DNA of 64,000 bases from Thalassobaculaceae bacterium (GTDB lineage: Bacteria > Pseudomonadota > Alphaproteobacteria > Thalassobaculales > Thalassobaculaceae), in contig OZ245843.1 in the NCBI GenBank assembly GCA_965228875.1, positions 1,966,616 to 2,030,615 on the forward strand, read 5' to 3'. Below are positions 10,163-21,972 of this stretch, one piece after another; the first letter of the stretch is position 1, and each line of letters opens with the position of its first letter. The translations under genes were made by a program, and so were the position numbers. A model generated the notes under the pieces. It was not told where the DNA came from and did not search any database. It worked only from the letters and a program-made list of their open reading frames with translations.

Positions 10163-10609
10163 ATGCAATACCTCCACACCATGGTTCGCATCAAAGACGT
10201 GGACGAAAGCCTGAACTTCTACTGCGGTCTGCTCGGTATGGAGGAGATCCGGCGCTACGACAGCGAGAAGGGCCGGTTCACCAACATCTTCCTGGCGGCT
10301 CCCGAGGACAAGGAGAGCGCCGCCTCCGACAAGAAGGCGCCGATGCTGGAGCTGACCTACAACTGGGACCCGGAGGACTACAAGGTCGAGGGCCGCGCCT
10401 GGGGCCACCTCGCCTTCCGCGTCGACGACGTCTACGCCACCTGCCAGAAGCTGATGGACAACGGCGTGACCATCAACCGCCCGCCCCGCGACGGCTACAT
10501 GGCGTTCGTCAAGTCGCCGGACGGCATCTCCATCGAACTGCTGAACGCCGACGGCCCGAAGGACCCGGCCGAGCCCTGGGCCTCGATGGGCAACACCGGC
10601 AGCTGGTAG
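10163..10609 (+). CDS. gloA: Lactoylglutathione lyase (glyoxalase I, VOC family)
   Basis: YLHTMVR, LELTYNWD, GHLAFRV and RPPRDGYMAF...SPDGISIEL motifs. Confidence 0.9.
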   Translation: MQYLHTMVRIKDVDESLNFYCGLLGMEEIRRYDSEKGRFTNIFLAAPEDKESAASDKKAPMLELTYNWDPEDYKVEGRAWGHLAFRVDDVYATCQKLMDNGVTINRPPRDGYMAFVKSPDGISIELLNADGPKDPAEPWASMGNTGSW

Positions 10610-10703
10610 GACCCGCGGGAACGATAACCGCCCGCAGCCCCGGCCCGTATCGGGACGGCGGGCGGCGACGGACGCGGGAGCGATGGGACGCCTGCGGTGA
10701 GCG

Positions 10704-11873
10704 TTACCCCTCGATCCCCAGTTCGCGCAGCACCTCGTCGGTATGCTCCCCGAGCCCCGGGGGCGGGCGGTCGATGGTCGGACCGTCCGCGGCACTCCGG
10801 TAGGGCGCCGCCGGAAGCCGCACCGGGTGGTCGAAGCCCAAGGGCGCCGGCACCTCCACCAGAGTGCCGCGATGGGCGAGTTGAGGCTCCTCGACGGCAT
10901 CGGGTATCGCGTTCACACGGCTGATCGGCACGCCCCGCGCACCGAGCCGCTTCGCCCAGGACGTGGCGGTGTCCTTCAGGAACGCCTCGCGCAGGGTGCT
11001 GTCCACCAGTTCCCGGTTGGCGATCCGGGCCTTGCTGTCGGCGAAGCGCGGATCCTCCAGCAGGTGGCCCAACCCCATCTCGTCAAGCACAGCCTCCACG
11101 TGGGTCTGCATGGTCGCCGCCATCAGCACCGTGCCCTGCGAGCACTCGAAGCTGTTGGCGGTCGGCAGGTGCGTCGCCGAACTGTTGCCGATCAGCCCCC
11201 CCGGATTGCCGTCCACCGTCCACTGCGCGATCGACGGCGCCTGGATGTTGAGCGCAGCGTCCAGCATCGCGACGTCGAGGTACTGCCCTTCGCCGGTGCG
11301 CTCGCGGCGGAACAGGGCGGCGGCGACCGCATAGGCGGCCGAGGCGCCGGTGAAAAGGTCGACGGGAAAGTAGCCGGTCCGCATCGGACCGGTCTGCGGC
11401 GATCCATTGGTCGACATCATGCCCGACGCCGCCTGGATCGCGCCGTCATAGGCCCCTTCCCGGGACCGCGGTCCGCTGGCGCCATAGCCGGTGATCTGAC
11501 AGTAGACCACGTCCGGCCGGATCGCCCGCACATCCTCCCAACCGAGGCCAAGGCGCTCGGCCACGCCGCCGCGAAAATTCTGCGCGACCACGTCGGCGGT
11601 CTCGATCAGGCGGTGGGCTATGCGACGGCCCTCGTCCGATTTCAGGTCGATGGCGACGCTGCGCTTGCCGTGGTTCAGGGCCAGAAACGCCGAGCCCATG
11701 TCGATCTCGGTATACGGGCTCGGGATCATGCGGTTGCGCATCTGATCGCCGGCGCCGGGCGCCTCGATCTTGATGACGTCCGCCCCCTCCATCGCCAGGA
11801 GCGCCGTCAGATACGGCCCCGACAGGACCTGTGTGAAATCGACGACGCGGATGCCCTCGAACGCTCTCGCCAC
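10704..11873 (-). CDS. CaiB/BaiF class III CoA-transferase
   Basis: GIRVVDFTQVLSGP, GADVIKIE, NHGKRS, YDGAIQAASG and PPGLGEHT motifs; GTG start after GGAGG. Confidence 0.92.
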   Translation of the reverse strand: MARAFEGIRVVDFTQVLSGPYLTALLAMEGADVIKIEAPGAGDQMRNRMIPSPYTEIDMGSAFLALNHGKRSVAIDLKSDEGRRIAHRLIETADVVAQNFRGGVAERLGLGWEDVRAIRPDVVYCQITGYGASGPRSREGAYDGAIQAASGMMSTNGSPQTGPMRTGYFPVDLFTGASAAYAVAAALFRRERTGEGQYLDVAMLDAALNIQAPSIAQWTVDGNPGGLIGNSSATHLPTANSFECSQGTVLMAATMQTHVEAVLDEMGLGHLLEDPRFADSKARIANRELVDSTLREAFLKDTATSWAKRLGARGVPISRVNAIPDAVEEPQLAHRGTLVEVPAPLGFDHPVRLPAAPYRSAADGPTIDRPPPGLGEHTDEVLRELGIEG

Positions 11874-11997
11874 GCATGCCTCCCTGATCTCCGGGTCTTG
11901 CCGCCCGCCCATGCTCCCCGCACGCTAGCGCGGATCGGGCCGGCAGGGGAGCATCCGCCCGCACGCCCCAGACAAAAAGACCACACGGGAGAACGCC

Positions 11998-12798
11998 ATG
12001 ACCGACGCAACGACTACCGGCGAGACGATTACCGGCGAGACCATCAGAGGGGCGGCCTCCGACCTCTCCGACCTGCTGAAGCTGCGGACCTACCCCTTTG
12101 GGATGAAACTGTTCGAGGAGGTGGAGGAGATGAAGGCCGTACCGGGTATCCGCACGCCCATGGACGGCATTCCCTTCACCACCTGCCAGCTCGTCACCCA
12201 GGTCCGCACCGCCGGGTTCACGCTGGGGATCGTGCGCGACAACCTGCGTCCGAACGCAAGCTGCGGCGCCAATATCGGCCTGGAGGAGGTACCGGAACGT
12301 CTTGCCTCCGGCGAGCAGATGGATGGCGTCTGGTTCGACAACCGGGAAGCGGCGCGCAAACACCAGGCGGAGATGCCACGGGTGGCGCCCGGCCGGTACT
12401 CCGGTCTCTGCGCCTCGCCGTTGCGCACCGGGCGGCTCGATCCGCCGGATGTCTGTCTGTTCTACGCCTCTCCGGGACAGATGATCCTGTTCATCAACGG
12501 ACTGCAGTTCAAAGACTACCGCCGGTACGATTTCACCATCACCGGAGAGAGCGCCTGCGCCGACAGTTGGGGGCGGGCGCTGAGCACCCGCCAGACCAGC
12601 CTCTCGATCCCGTGCTATGCGGAGCGGCGCTATGGCGGCGTTGCCGACGACGAACTGCTGATGGCGTGCCCGCCGGACGAGTTCCTGCGCGGGGTCGAGG
12701 GGCTGAAAGGCCTCGGCAAGAACGGCCTGCGCTACCCCTACCCGCCGTTCGGCGCCTTCGCCGACCCGGCGATCGGGATGTCGAAGAGCTACGGCTGA
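11998..12798 (+). CDS. DUF169 family protein
   Basis: TTCQ, ESACADSW and SIPCYAERRYGG motifs. Confidence 0.75.
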   Translation: MTDATTTGETITGETIRGAASDLSDLLKLRTYPFGMKLFEEVEEMKAVPGIRTPMDGIPFTTCQLVTQVRTAGFTLGIVRDNLRPNASCGANIGLEEVPERLASGEQMDGVWFDNREAARKHQAEMPRVAPGRYSGLCASPLRTGRLDPPDVCLFYASPGQMILFINGLQFKDYRRYDFTITGESACADSWGRALSTRQTSLSIPCYAERRYGGVADDELLMACPPDEFLRGVEGLKGLGKNGLRYPYPPFGAFADPAIGMSKSYG

Positions 12799-12864
12799 TC
12801 ACCCTTGCCGATTTCCTCCCCGGCTTGTTCCGGGGCGGAAGCCGGGCGATCTCCCTGGGGGCGC

Positions 12865-14094
12865 TCAGCGCTGCAGCGCCCTCAGCCGCACCGTTCCCGC
12901 CAGCAGGAAACCCGCGACTCCGGCCAGGATCCACAGCGACAGATCGAAGCTGTGGGTCGCATCGTAGACCAGGCCGAGCAGGATCGGACCGCCGGCGCCG
13001 CCGACCTCGGCGGCGGAGAAGAACAGGCCGCTGGCCGTTCCCGCCCGCTCCTCGCCCACGCCTTCGGTCTCGACGAGGGTGAGGATCGCCACCGTCATCA
13101 GCGACGACCTGGCGATACCCTGGAGCGCGAGGCCGATGGTCAGTGCCGGCTGCCCCGAGGCCCAGAGCAGGACGCAGGCGATGAGCGCGGCCGCCGCCAG
13201 CAGGCCGAGCACCAGATGCCGGTGCTCCGGCGTGGCCAGGCGCGGGATGGTGAGCGAGGCGGCAATGCCGATCACCGTCGGCACGGTGGCCCAGTAGCCC
13301 GCCTCGACCGCCGTCATGCCGCCGACCCGAAGAATCTCCGGCAGCCAGTTCGCGAGACCGTGGTTGAGGGTGAAGATCGCCACGCTCATCGCCAGCAGGA
13401 GCCGAACCGCCGGCAGGCGCAGAAGCTCGCCGATCACCTCGCGCTGGGGGCGGGGCTTCGCGGCGCTCTTCGGCGGGTCGTGACGCCGCGCGGCCGGAAG
13501 GCTGGCGATGGCGAACCAGGTGCAGGCGCCGAACGCCGCCACCGCCGACCACAGCAGCAGCACCGCCCGCCAGTCGCCGCCGAAGGCCGGCATCAGCACC
13601 GAGTTGGTCAGCGACAGCGCGGCGATGGAGCCGAGCGCCGGGCCGGTTATGTAGATCCCCATCGCGAGGCCGCGGTCGCTGCCCTTGAACCAGCGGGCGA
13701 TCTCCTTCGGTGCACCGGCCGATACGATCGGGCCGCCGATCCCGAAGATGGCGACGGCGACGAACATCATCGCGGCACTGTCGGCGAGACCGCGCAGCAG
13801 GCCCGACAGCGCGACGATCAGCGCCCCCAGGAAGATCGCCCGGCGCGCGCCCACACGGTCGAGGAAGCTGCCGCACGGGACCGCCGCCACGATGTAGGTG
13901 AGCTGCCAGATGCCGAGCACCGCCCCCATGGCGGTATGGCTGATCTCCAGGTCGCGGGTGACCGGGCCGACGATCGGGGCCAGGCCGGCGATGGTCAGGC
14001 CGAAGCAGAAATACGCGGTCCACACGCCAAACAGGATCGCCCAGCGGATCGGCGGCGCCGGGGGTACGGCGCTCGCCGCCGCGTCATCGCTCAT
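12865..14094 (-). CDS. MFS transporter (CynX/NimT-like)
   Basis: 12 TM segments, GSFLDRVGARR motif A, NWLPEIL. Confidence 0.88.
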   Translation of the reverse strand: MSDDAAASAVPPAPPIRWAILFGVWTAYFCFGLTIAGLAPIVGPVTRDLEISHTAMGAVLGIWQLTYIVAAVPCGSFLDRVGARRAIFLGALIVALSGLLRGLADSAAMMFVAVAIFGIGGPIVSAGAPKEIARWFKGSDRGLAMGIYITGPALGSIAALSLTNSVLMPAFGGDWRAVLLLWSAVAAFGACTWFAIASLPAARRHDPPKSAAKPRPQREVIGELLRLPAVRLLLAMSVAIFTLNHGLANWLPEILRVGGMTAVEAGYWATVPTVIGIAASLTIPRLATPEHRHLVLGLLAAAALIACVLLWASGQPALTIGLALQGIARSSLMTVAILTLVETEGVGEERAGTASGLFFSAAEVGGAGGPILLGLVYDATHSFDLSLWILAGVAGFLLAGTVRLRALQR

Positions 14095-14133
14095 GTGTCG
14101 GTCCCATGCGGTCTTCCGGGATGCCGGGGCCGC

Positions 14134-15768
<1,635 letters not shown>

Positions 15769-15815
15769 TTCCCGGTCCTCCCGTTTGTCTTTTCTTGGTT
15801 GTGCTTGCCCGCTAC

Positions 15816-16502
15816 CTACGCCACCCCCTCGACGCTGTCGAGATCGCTCCCTGAGGAACGACGAACAGCCATGGCGTGCAGGGCATAGTCGATGGCGTTG
15901 CGTGCCCGGAACCGGTCGACGACATCATTGGGCAGATCGAACTGCGGTCTCGGCGTCGCATTGACCCGGGCGGGTATCCCGGGACCGGCGCCCACGCGGC
16001 CGAGCAGCGCCGCGATGTCGCGATCCAATGTCTCGACCGTCCCCACATGCCAGTATCCCGCCAGCGCCTGCGGCGCGTCGGCCGGGTCCGGCGCCAGGTA
16101 CCGGGCCACCGGATCGGCTGTCGCCTCCAGATGGGCGTCGAGCGTCTCTCCGCGCAGATCCATCACGCCGGTCTTCCTCGCGAAGAAATACTCGGAGACC
16201 GCCCGATCCAGCGGGTCGCGCAGGAAGGCGATGCGACGGACCTCGCGGCCAGCGGCTTCCGGATACCGTTCCCACAGCCGGCAGCCGGGCACGTCGAAAT
16301 GGCCACAGAGCAGATCCCGCCCCCCGATCGTATCGAGGTCGAACCGGCGCGCGCGGAAGCTTTCCGGATCCTCCCACTGCGCCCGATTTCGCGAGCTGCG
16401 AAGCCGATAGTCGCCGACGATGCGAAACGCTGTGGCCAGCATGACTCGGACGCTGTTACCCGCACATTTCGGGATGTGGTGAAAGATATGAAGCGGATCC
16501 AT
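15816..16502 (-). CDS. Sulfotransferase family 2 domain protein
   Basis: FHHIPKCAGNS (5'-PSB) and FLRDPLDRAVSEY (3'-PB) motifs; N-x-x-D-Y-x-L near the C-terminus. Confidence 0.8.
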   Translation of the reverse strand: MDPLHIFHHIPKCAGNSVRVMLATAFRIVGDYRLRSSRNRAQWEDPESFRARRFDLDTIGGRDLLCGHFDVPGCRLWERYPEAAGREVRRIAFLRDPLDRAVSEYFFARKTGVMDLRGETLDAHLEATADPVARYLAPDPADAPQALAGYWHVGTVETLDRDIAALLGRVGAGPGIPARVNATPRPQFDLPNDVVDRFRARNAIDYALHAMAVRRSSGSDLDSVEGVA

Positions 16503-16700
16503 GCGTCCACGATAACCGCCCGAATGGCGCGGCCACCAGCCCGGCCGCGACGTCGCCACCAGGGGGCGGCCAGGGGAATGAATGGTCGACCGGGTTTTGC
16601 CAGTCGCCCCCGTCGACTATGGTCCGACGGCTCGCAGACGCCGCACCTCGCCCTCGATAGGCGGCGGAACGCGGGAAGGTTCATCAGCCGGATGTCGGGA

Positions 16701-17876
16701 ATGACGGTTAGCGAGAAACTTCTGTCCCTGAGAAAGCGACTGGAGGACAGAACGGCGACGATCGGCGAGTGCCTCGAACTCGTTGGCGCATGCCGACAGT
16801 CCGGGCTGCGGTTCGACGCCCTCTACGTCCTGGATGCGGCGATCGTGCTGTACCCGACCGACGAGAACCTACGTCAGGCGATGGCCGATCTCCTGTCGGA
16901 CCTGGACGGCGGCGCCATACTGGACCAGCTGATCGACGGCCTGCCCGATCGTGGCGAACGCCTGCGGGCATTGCGCGACCGGATCGACGAGGCCCTTGCC
17001 CCGCATCACGGCACAGACGCGCCGCGGCCGGCGTCGCGGCATTTCCGCCAGTGCGTCCTGATCAAGAACATCTGCCAGCGAATTCCGATCGCTCAGCCGG
17101 TCTGGAGACTGCTGGTGCGGATCTGCGACCATCACGGACGGCGCGCGGCAGAAGAGGCGTTCGGCGTACCCGTCGACCTGATCCGCATTTCGTCGGACCG
17201 GACGGTCGCGCTGCCGATCGGCGGCACCGACGTTCGCTTCCACATCTCGAGCGCCAGTGTCGGGTTCGAGCTCATGTACTTCTTCGCGTTCGAGCCCGGC
17301 ATGGTTCGCTGGATCGCCGGGTTCGACCCTGGGGACACCTGTCTCGATATCGGCGCCAACATCGGCAAGTATTCGATCCTGTCCGCGGCGACCCGACGGT
17401 GCCGTACCTATGCCGTCGAGCCGTTCACTCCCAACGTCGTCGCCTTGCAGAACAACATTGCGCTCAACACGATCGGCGATCGGGTCTCCCTCCACCAGTG
17501 GGCAATCACGGATCGCACGGGTCCGGGCGAACTGTCCTATGAGAGCGAGGTGTCCGGCTCCGCGGCACAGGCCTTCGACGAGTCCGGCCGAGCCGGGCAG
17601 TCGACCGAGACGATCGAAGGCTACCGTCTCGACGACCTGGTCGCCGAGGGCAGGATCGAGACACCCAATCACATCAAGATCGACGTGGACGGCACCGAAC
17701 ACCGGATCATCGCCGGCATGAGGCGGACGCTCGCCGATCCGAACCTCAAGTCGATCCGCCTCGAGATCAGGCTCGACGACCCGCGCAATGCCGCCGCTCT
17801 CGACACCATCCGTCGACACGGCTTCGAGTGCGCGGTCGACGACGACAGCAAGAACCTTCTCTGCCTGAGACGATAG
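16701..17876 (+). CDS. FkbM family methyltransferase with N-terminal helical/TPR-like extension
   Basis: DIGANIGKYS, VEP and HIKIDVDGTE motifs; start approximate (16692 or 16701). Confidence 0.85.
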   Translation: MTVSEKLLSLRKRLEDRTATIGECLELVGACRQSGLRFDALYVLDAAIVLYPTDENLRQAMADLLSDLDGGAILDQLIDGLPDRGERLRALRDRIDEALAPHHGTDAPRPASRHFRQCVLIKNICQRIPIAQPVWRLLVRICDHHGRRAAEEAFGVPVDLIRISSDRTVALPIGGTDVRFHISSASVGFELMYFFAFEPGMVRWIAGFDPGDTCLDIGANIGKYSILSAATRRCRTYAVEPFTPNVVALQNNIALNTIGDRVSLHQWAITDRTGPGELSYESEVSGSAAQAFDESGRAGQSTETIEGYRLDDLVAEGRIETPNHIKIDVDGTEHRIIAGMRRTLADPNLKSIRLEIRLDDPRNAAALDTIRRHGFECAVDDDSKNLLCLRR

Positions 17877-17988
17877 AGCGCGGTCGGTTCCGGTCGGCGC
17901 GATCCGAACCGTGAATCGCCCTGTAAGCTCCTAAAGAAAGAGCAAATTCACACGATCAGTGGTTTCCCGCTGATCGTGACTTGCTCCA
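17874..17988 (+). repeat. Palindromic interspersed repeat, copy 1 (module A + spacer + module B)
   Basis: AGAGCAAATTCACACGATCAG...CTGATCGTGACTTGCTC; begins at the FkbM TAG. Confidence 0.85.
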
Positions 17989-18016
17989 GCCGGCCGGCGA
18001 CCTTGGAGTCGGGGTC

Positions 18017-18418
18017 CTACTCCTCGGACTCGCGACGCGCGGTCGGCGCACCGCGAAACGGCACGACGGTTCCCCCGCGTTCGGCCGGTTCCGGTGGCGG
18101 GGACAGCGCCAGGGAAATCTCTTCCAGCGCTTCCTCAAGGTGGACCGGGAGAGCCAGGCCGACACCGCGCAGGTTGCGGGCCAGTCGCTCCGCCCCTTCC
18201 GCCAGTCCGTCATCGAGCGGAACCCCGGCCTCCTGAGCGAGAGTGGCCAGCTGCGCGATGGTCTGCACCATCAGGACGGCCCGGCGGTCGGCCGGCACCT
18301 CGACCCCCATGGTCAGGCGCGATGGCAGATCCTCCGGCGCATCAGACCGGGTGCCGGACGCCTGCGGCGAGGCAACGGTGTTTCCGGGGCGCAATGTAAC
18401 AACGCGGTCATCCGTCAC
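18017..18418 (-). CDS. Hypothetical protein
   Basis: ORF fills the gap with host-like codon usage; GTG start after a G-rich RBS. Confidence 0.6.
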   Translation of the reverse strand: MTDDRVVTLRPGNTVASPQASGTRSDAPEDLPSRLTMGVEVPADRRAVLMVQTIAQLATLAQEAGVPLDDGLAEGAERLARNLRGVGLALPVHLEEALEEISLALSPPPEPAERGGTVVPFRGAPTARRESEE

Positions 18419-18675
18419 GTTCGCCCCCTCGCCCTTGTCGTAGCCGTCCCACCCGAATCGCCCCGATTCTAGGGAATCGGGCATGATCTGTCGATATCGG
18501 GGCATCGCAGGGGCGAAATCCAGCCCCATCGGGCCGCTGCCACCGGTTTCACATTGCGGTGAGGCCCCCTCGGATCGCGTGGTCGCCGCCCTGTCGGACC
18601 TCTCATCGACACCGGATCCGCGTTACCTTCGACGGGCCGGCGCCATGATCCGGCCGACTAGAGGAAAGCAATGCA

Positions 18676-19113
18676 ATGAAAACTCTGATCAAGCTTACTG
18701 CTGCCAGCGTCCTCGGCCTCTCGATCGTCGGCGGCGCGGTCGCAGCCGACGTCATCGACGAGCGCAAGAAGGGCTTCAAGGGGCATGTCGAGAACATGAA
18801 GGCGGTCAAGGCCGCCGTTGAGTCGGGCGACGCCTCCACGGCGGTCGACCCGGCCCAAGCGATGCTCGCCTACGCCAAGCGCATCGAAAGCCTGTTCCCC
18901 GAAGGTTCCGGCGAAGGAGACACGCGCGCGCTCCCTGCCATCTGGTCCGACTGGGACGGCTTCCAGAAGGCCGCCGCCGACCATGTGGCCGCCGTCGAAC
19001 AGCTTGTCGCCGCGGCGACGTCCGGCGACGCCTCCGCCGTCGGCGCGCAGCTTAAGGCGACCGGTGGCACCTGTGGCGCCTGTCACAAGGAGTACCGGGC
19101 GGAAAAGAAGTAA
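18676..19113 (+). CDS. Cytochrome c' / c556 (class II cytochrome c)
   Basis: Signal peptide, LFPEGS, AIWSDWDGF and C-terminal CGACH. Confidence 0.93.
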   Translation: MKTLIKLTAASVLGLSIVGGAVAADVIDERKKGFKGHVENMKAVKAAVESGDASTAVDPAQAMLAYAKRIESLFPEGSGEGDTRALPAIWSDWDGFQKAAADHVAAVEQLVAAATSGDASAVGAQLKATGGTCGACHKEYRAEKK

Positions 19114-19134
19114 CCTTACGTCTCGGATCAGCAG

Positions 19135-19160
19135 AGCGGCCGGCCTTCGGGCCGGCCGTT
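19135..19160. terminator. Bidirectional hairpin (GCGGCCGGCC-TTCG-GGCCGGCCGT)
   Basis: Strong stem with a UUCG tetraloop between convergent cytochrome genes. Confidence 0.7.
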
Positions 19161-19165
19161 GCGTC

Positions 19166-19852
19166 TCAGCCGAGCAGGGTCAGGCCATAGGCCCCGGCGC
19201 CGCAGACCGCCAGAATGACCAGTGCGACCCACCAGGGAGTGCGTCGTACCCGCTGCGGCACCGCCGCCGGCGTCATGCGCTTCACCCCGGTGATCATCGG
19301 CAGGATCAGATCCTCGCGCAGAAACAGCAGATAGCCGATCACCGCCGCGACATGGATCCCCACCACGATCAGCAGAACATCGAACACCCGATGATGCCAG
19401 CCGGTCAGCGTGCCGGAGAGATCGTAGCCGACCAGGTGATAGAGCGGCCCCTCGTAGAGAATGTCGTCATTTGCGAACAGACCGAGCCCCGCCTGAGCGG
19501 CGATAAGCAGCAGCAGCGCCAGCACGGCCAGCGCGCCGAGCGGGTTGTGGCCGGCATGCTCGGGGTGGCGACCGGCCATCGTCTCCTTGAGATAGCCGGC
19601 GATCGCGCCCGGTCCGCGCACGAAGCTCGAGAACCGCGCGAACTCGCCTCCGATGATGCCCCAGACGATCCGGAAACCGACCAGTGCGAGCACCGTCAGA
19701 CCGAGGCGTTCATGCCACTCGGTCATCCCCTCCTCTGCGGTGAACCACGAACCGGCGATGCAGAGCACGAGAGCCCAGTGGAAGATCCGGGTCGGCCGGT
19801 CCCAGACCCGAACCGGGACCGCGTCCGCCGGCGTGTCGTCATGCTCACCCAT
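19166..19852 (-). CDS. Cytochrome b (CybH/Ni-hydrogenase cyt b-like)
   Basis: VWDRPTRIFHW, GHNPLG and PMITG motifs; four His ligands. Confidence 0.9.
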   Translation of the reverse strand: MGEHDDTPADAVPVRVWDRPTRIFHWALVLCIAGSWFTAEEGMTEWHERLGLTVLALVGFRIVWGIIGGEFARFSSFVRGPGAIAGYLKETMAGRHPEHAGHNPLGALAVLALLLLIAAQAGLGLFANDDILYEGPLYHLVGYDLSGTLTGWHHRVFDVLLIVVGIHVAAVIGYLLFLREDLILPMITGVKRMTPAAVPQRVRRTPWWVALVILAVCGAGAYGLTLLG

Positions 19853-19865
19853 CGACCGCTCCTGC

Positions 19866-20612
19866 TCAGGTCTCCGCCATGAACGCGCGGTAGTCCTCCA
19901 CGACTCCCGCAGCACTCGCCGCAACAAGTCTGGCGCCCGCCTCGGGAGACGCAAGGAAACTGTCGGCGGCGATCCGCCCGTCGGGATGAATCAGGCGATA
20001 GTCCTCGGCATCGTAGAACGGCCGCGGGCGCGGCGGTGCCGGATCCATCTCGACGGTCTTGATGTGATCGGGATAGGCGTACTGCGTGACCGACACTTCC
20101 GAAGGCGTGGCATGGTTGCCATCGCGGTCGCCATAGAGCTCCCCGCTGATCTCCTTGACGGCCGGGAAGGCGAACCAGTTCGCCAGCTTGCAACGCACAT
20201 GCGGCTGATTGGGTCCGACCGCGAGGCTCTTCTCGGCATAGATTTCGCTGAAGGCGGCTCCGATCGTCGCGATGTTCCCGCCGTGGCCGTTCAGGAAATA
20301 GAACCGCTCGAACCCGCTGCGCGCGAGCGACAGCACGGTATCTCGGATCACCGCCATCAGCGTCGAGGGCCTGAGGGCGACCGACCCCGGAAACGCGAGG
20401 TGATGCTGCGCCATTCCGATGGAGATGGTCGGCCCGACCACGCAGTTCAGTGTCTCGGCGGCCCGGTCCGCGATCACCTCCGGACAGATCGCGTCGGTGC
20501 CGATCAGGCCGTTCGGGCCGTGCTGTTCGGTCGACCCGATGGGAAAGATGATGCCCCTGTTGTCGTTCAGGTAGGCTTCGACTTCCATCCAGGTCATCAG
20601 TTGCAGTCGCAT
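19866..20612 (-). CDS. Creatininase family amidohydrolase
   Basis: PIGSTEQHG...GTD, NGHGGN and HATPSE motifs. Confidence 0.9.
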   Translation of the reverse strand: MRLQLMTWMEVEAYLNDNRGIIFPIGSTEQHGPNGLIGTDAICPEVIADRAAETLNCVVGPTISIGMAQHHLAFPGSVALRPSTLMAVIRDTVLSLARSGFERFYFLNGHGGNIATIGAAFSEIYAEKSLAVGPNQPHVRCKLANWFAFPAVKEISGELYGDRDGNHATPSEVSVTQYAYPDHIKTVEMDPAPPRPRPFYDAEDYRLIHPDGRIAADSFLASPEAGARLVAASAAGVVEDYRAFMAET

Positions 20613-20686
20613 TCCGATCTCCTCTCCAGTCCCCGGCCGATTGTTGCCCCGGCCGCTCATTGCCTCGCCGCCTGTCGCCCCGGCTC

Positions 20687-21967
20687 CTACTGCCCGGCGG
20701 CCAGCGCGCGTTCGATCCAGTCGGCGACGGCCAGAGCCTTGGCGTCCTCGCCGTAGCCGGTGACGATCTGCACGCCCAGCGGCAGCCCCTGATCGCCCTG
20801 TCCGGCCGGAACGGTCACGCAGGGCCAGCGCAGCAGCGTCCAGATCTTGTTGAACAGCGGGTCGCCGGTGCTTTCCAGCCCGACCGGCGCCTCGCCCGGG
20901 GCGGGTACGGTCAGGATCGCATCGATGCCATCGAGCCGGGCCGCAGCGTCGTTGCGAAAGCTGTCGGCATCCGCCTGAGCCTGATACAGCGCGACATCGT
21001 CCACCCCGCTGCCGGCGGCGATGGATTCACGATAGAACTCAGTGAGCTTGTCTGCGTGGTTCTCGTACTCCCAGGCCAGCGCCCGCGCCGCCTCCGCCGT
21101 CATGATCCGGGCATGGACGTCGTCCATCGCCTCGAACGCCGTCCAATCGACCAGGCCGACCACCGAGGCGCCGGCGGTCTGGGCGGCGATCCGCACCCGC
21201 TCAAGGGCCTCGCCGGCGTCCTCCTCGATGCGGTCGGCGAACGGGACGTGAATGGCCAGACGGGGTGCCGAACCGTCGAAACCGTCGAGGCGCGGCGCCG
21301 GTTCGCCGCGGAGCGCATAGTCGAAATGGGCGATGTCGGCCACCGAACGGGCGAAGACGCCGACCGTATCGAGGTAGCGAGAGAGCTCCTTCACCCCGCG
21401 CCGGTCGTGGGTCGCGAAGGTCGGCTTGAACCCGACCACGCCGCAATAGGCCGCCGGGCGGATCACCGATCCGGCGGTCTGCGTGCCAAAGGCCAGCGGA
21501 ACCATGAAGTCGGCAACCGCCGCGGCGGAGCCGCTGGAGGAACCGCCGGGCGTGTGCTCGAGCCCGTTGGGATTGCGGGTCTTGCCCGGATTGCGCCAGG
21601 CGAACTCGGTCGTGACCGTCTTGCCCATGACCACGCCGCCCGCAGCCCGGGTCCGGGCAACCACCGCCGCATCGTCGGCCGGCTGATGGCCGACATAGAT
21701 CGACGAGCCGTAGCCGGTCGGCATGTCGGCGGTGTCGATGATGTCCTTGACCGCCACCGGCAACCCGCCCAGCGGTCCCGAGGCGGCGGCCGCCCTCGCC
21801 GCGTCGCGGGCCTGCTCCGGATCCAGATGGATGAAGGCGCCGACCTTGGCCTCGCGCTCCGCGACCCGGTTCAGGCAGGCGTCCATGAGCGCCTCCGGGG
21901 TCAGGGTTCCGGCCTCCATCGCGCGCAGAGCCTCAAGGGCACCGAGACGGTTCGGGGCATCGGTCAT
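20687..21967 (-). CDS. Amidase signature family protein
   Basis: VKD, GKTVTTEF, PGGSSSGSAAA and GTQTAGSVIRPAAYCG motifs. Confidence 0.92.
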   Translation of the reverse strand: MTDAPNRLGALEALRAMEAGTLTPEALMDACLNRVAEREAKVGAFIHLDPEQARDAARAAAASGPLGGLPVAVKDIIDTADMPTGYGSSIYVGHQPADDAAVVARTRAAGGVVMGKTVTTEFAWRNPGKTRNPNGLEHTPGGSSSGSAAAVADFMVPLAFGTQTAGSVIRPAAYCGVVGFKPTFATHDRRGVKELSRYLDTVGVFARSVADIAHFDYALRGEPAPRLDGFDGSAPRLAIHVPFADRIEEDAGEALERVRIAAQTAGASVVGLVDWTAFEAMDDVHARIMTAEAARALAWEYENHADKLTEFYRESIAAGSGVDDVALYQAQADADSFRNDAAARLDGIDAILTVPAPGEAPVGLESTGDPLFNKIWTLLRWPCVTVPAGQGDQGLPLGVQIVTGYGEDAKALAVADWIERALAAGQ

Positions 21968-21972
21968 GGCGG

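Noticed and set aside
12016..12045. Short in-frame tandem duplications at gene 5' ends (TGETI x2 here; DGAT x2 in MttB; LLGV repeats in the SBP signal peptide)
   Set aside because: They are in-frame, degenerate, and located in tolerant termini; ordinary slippage.
18676..19852. Cytochrome c'/cytochrome b pair as novel or as a hydrogenase locus
   Set aside because: This is a common proteobacterial gene pair, and no hydrogenase subunits are present.
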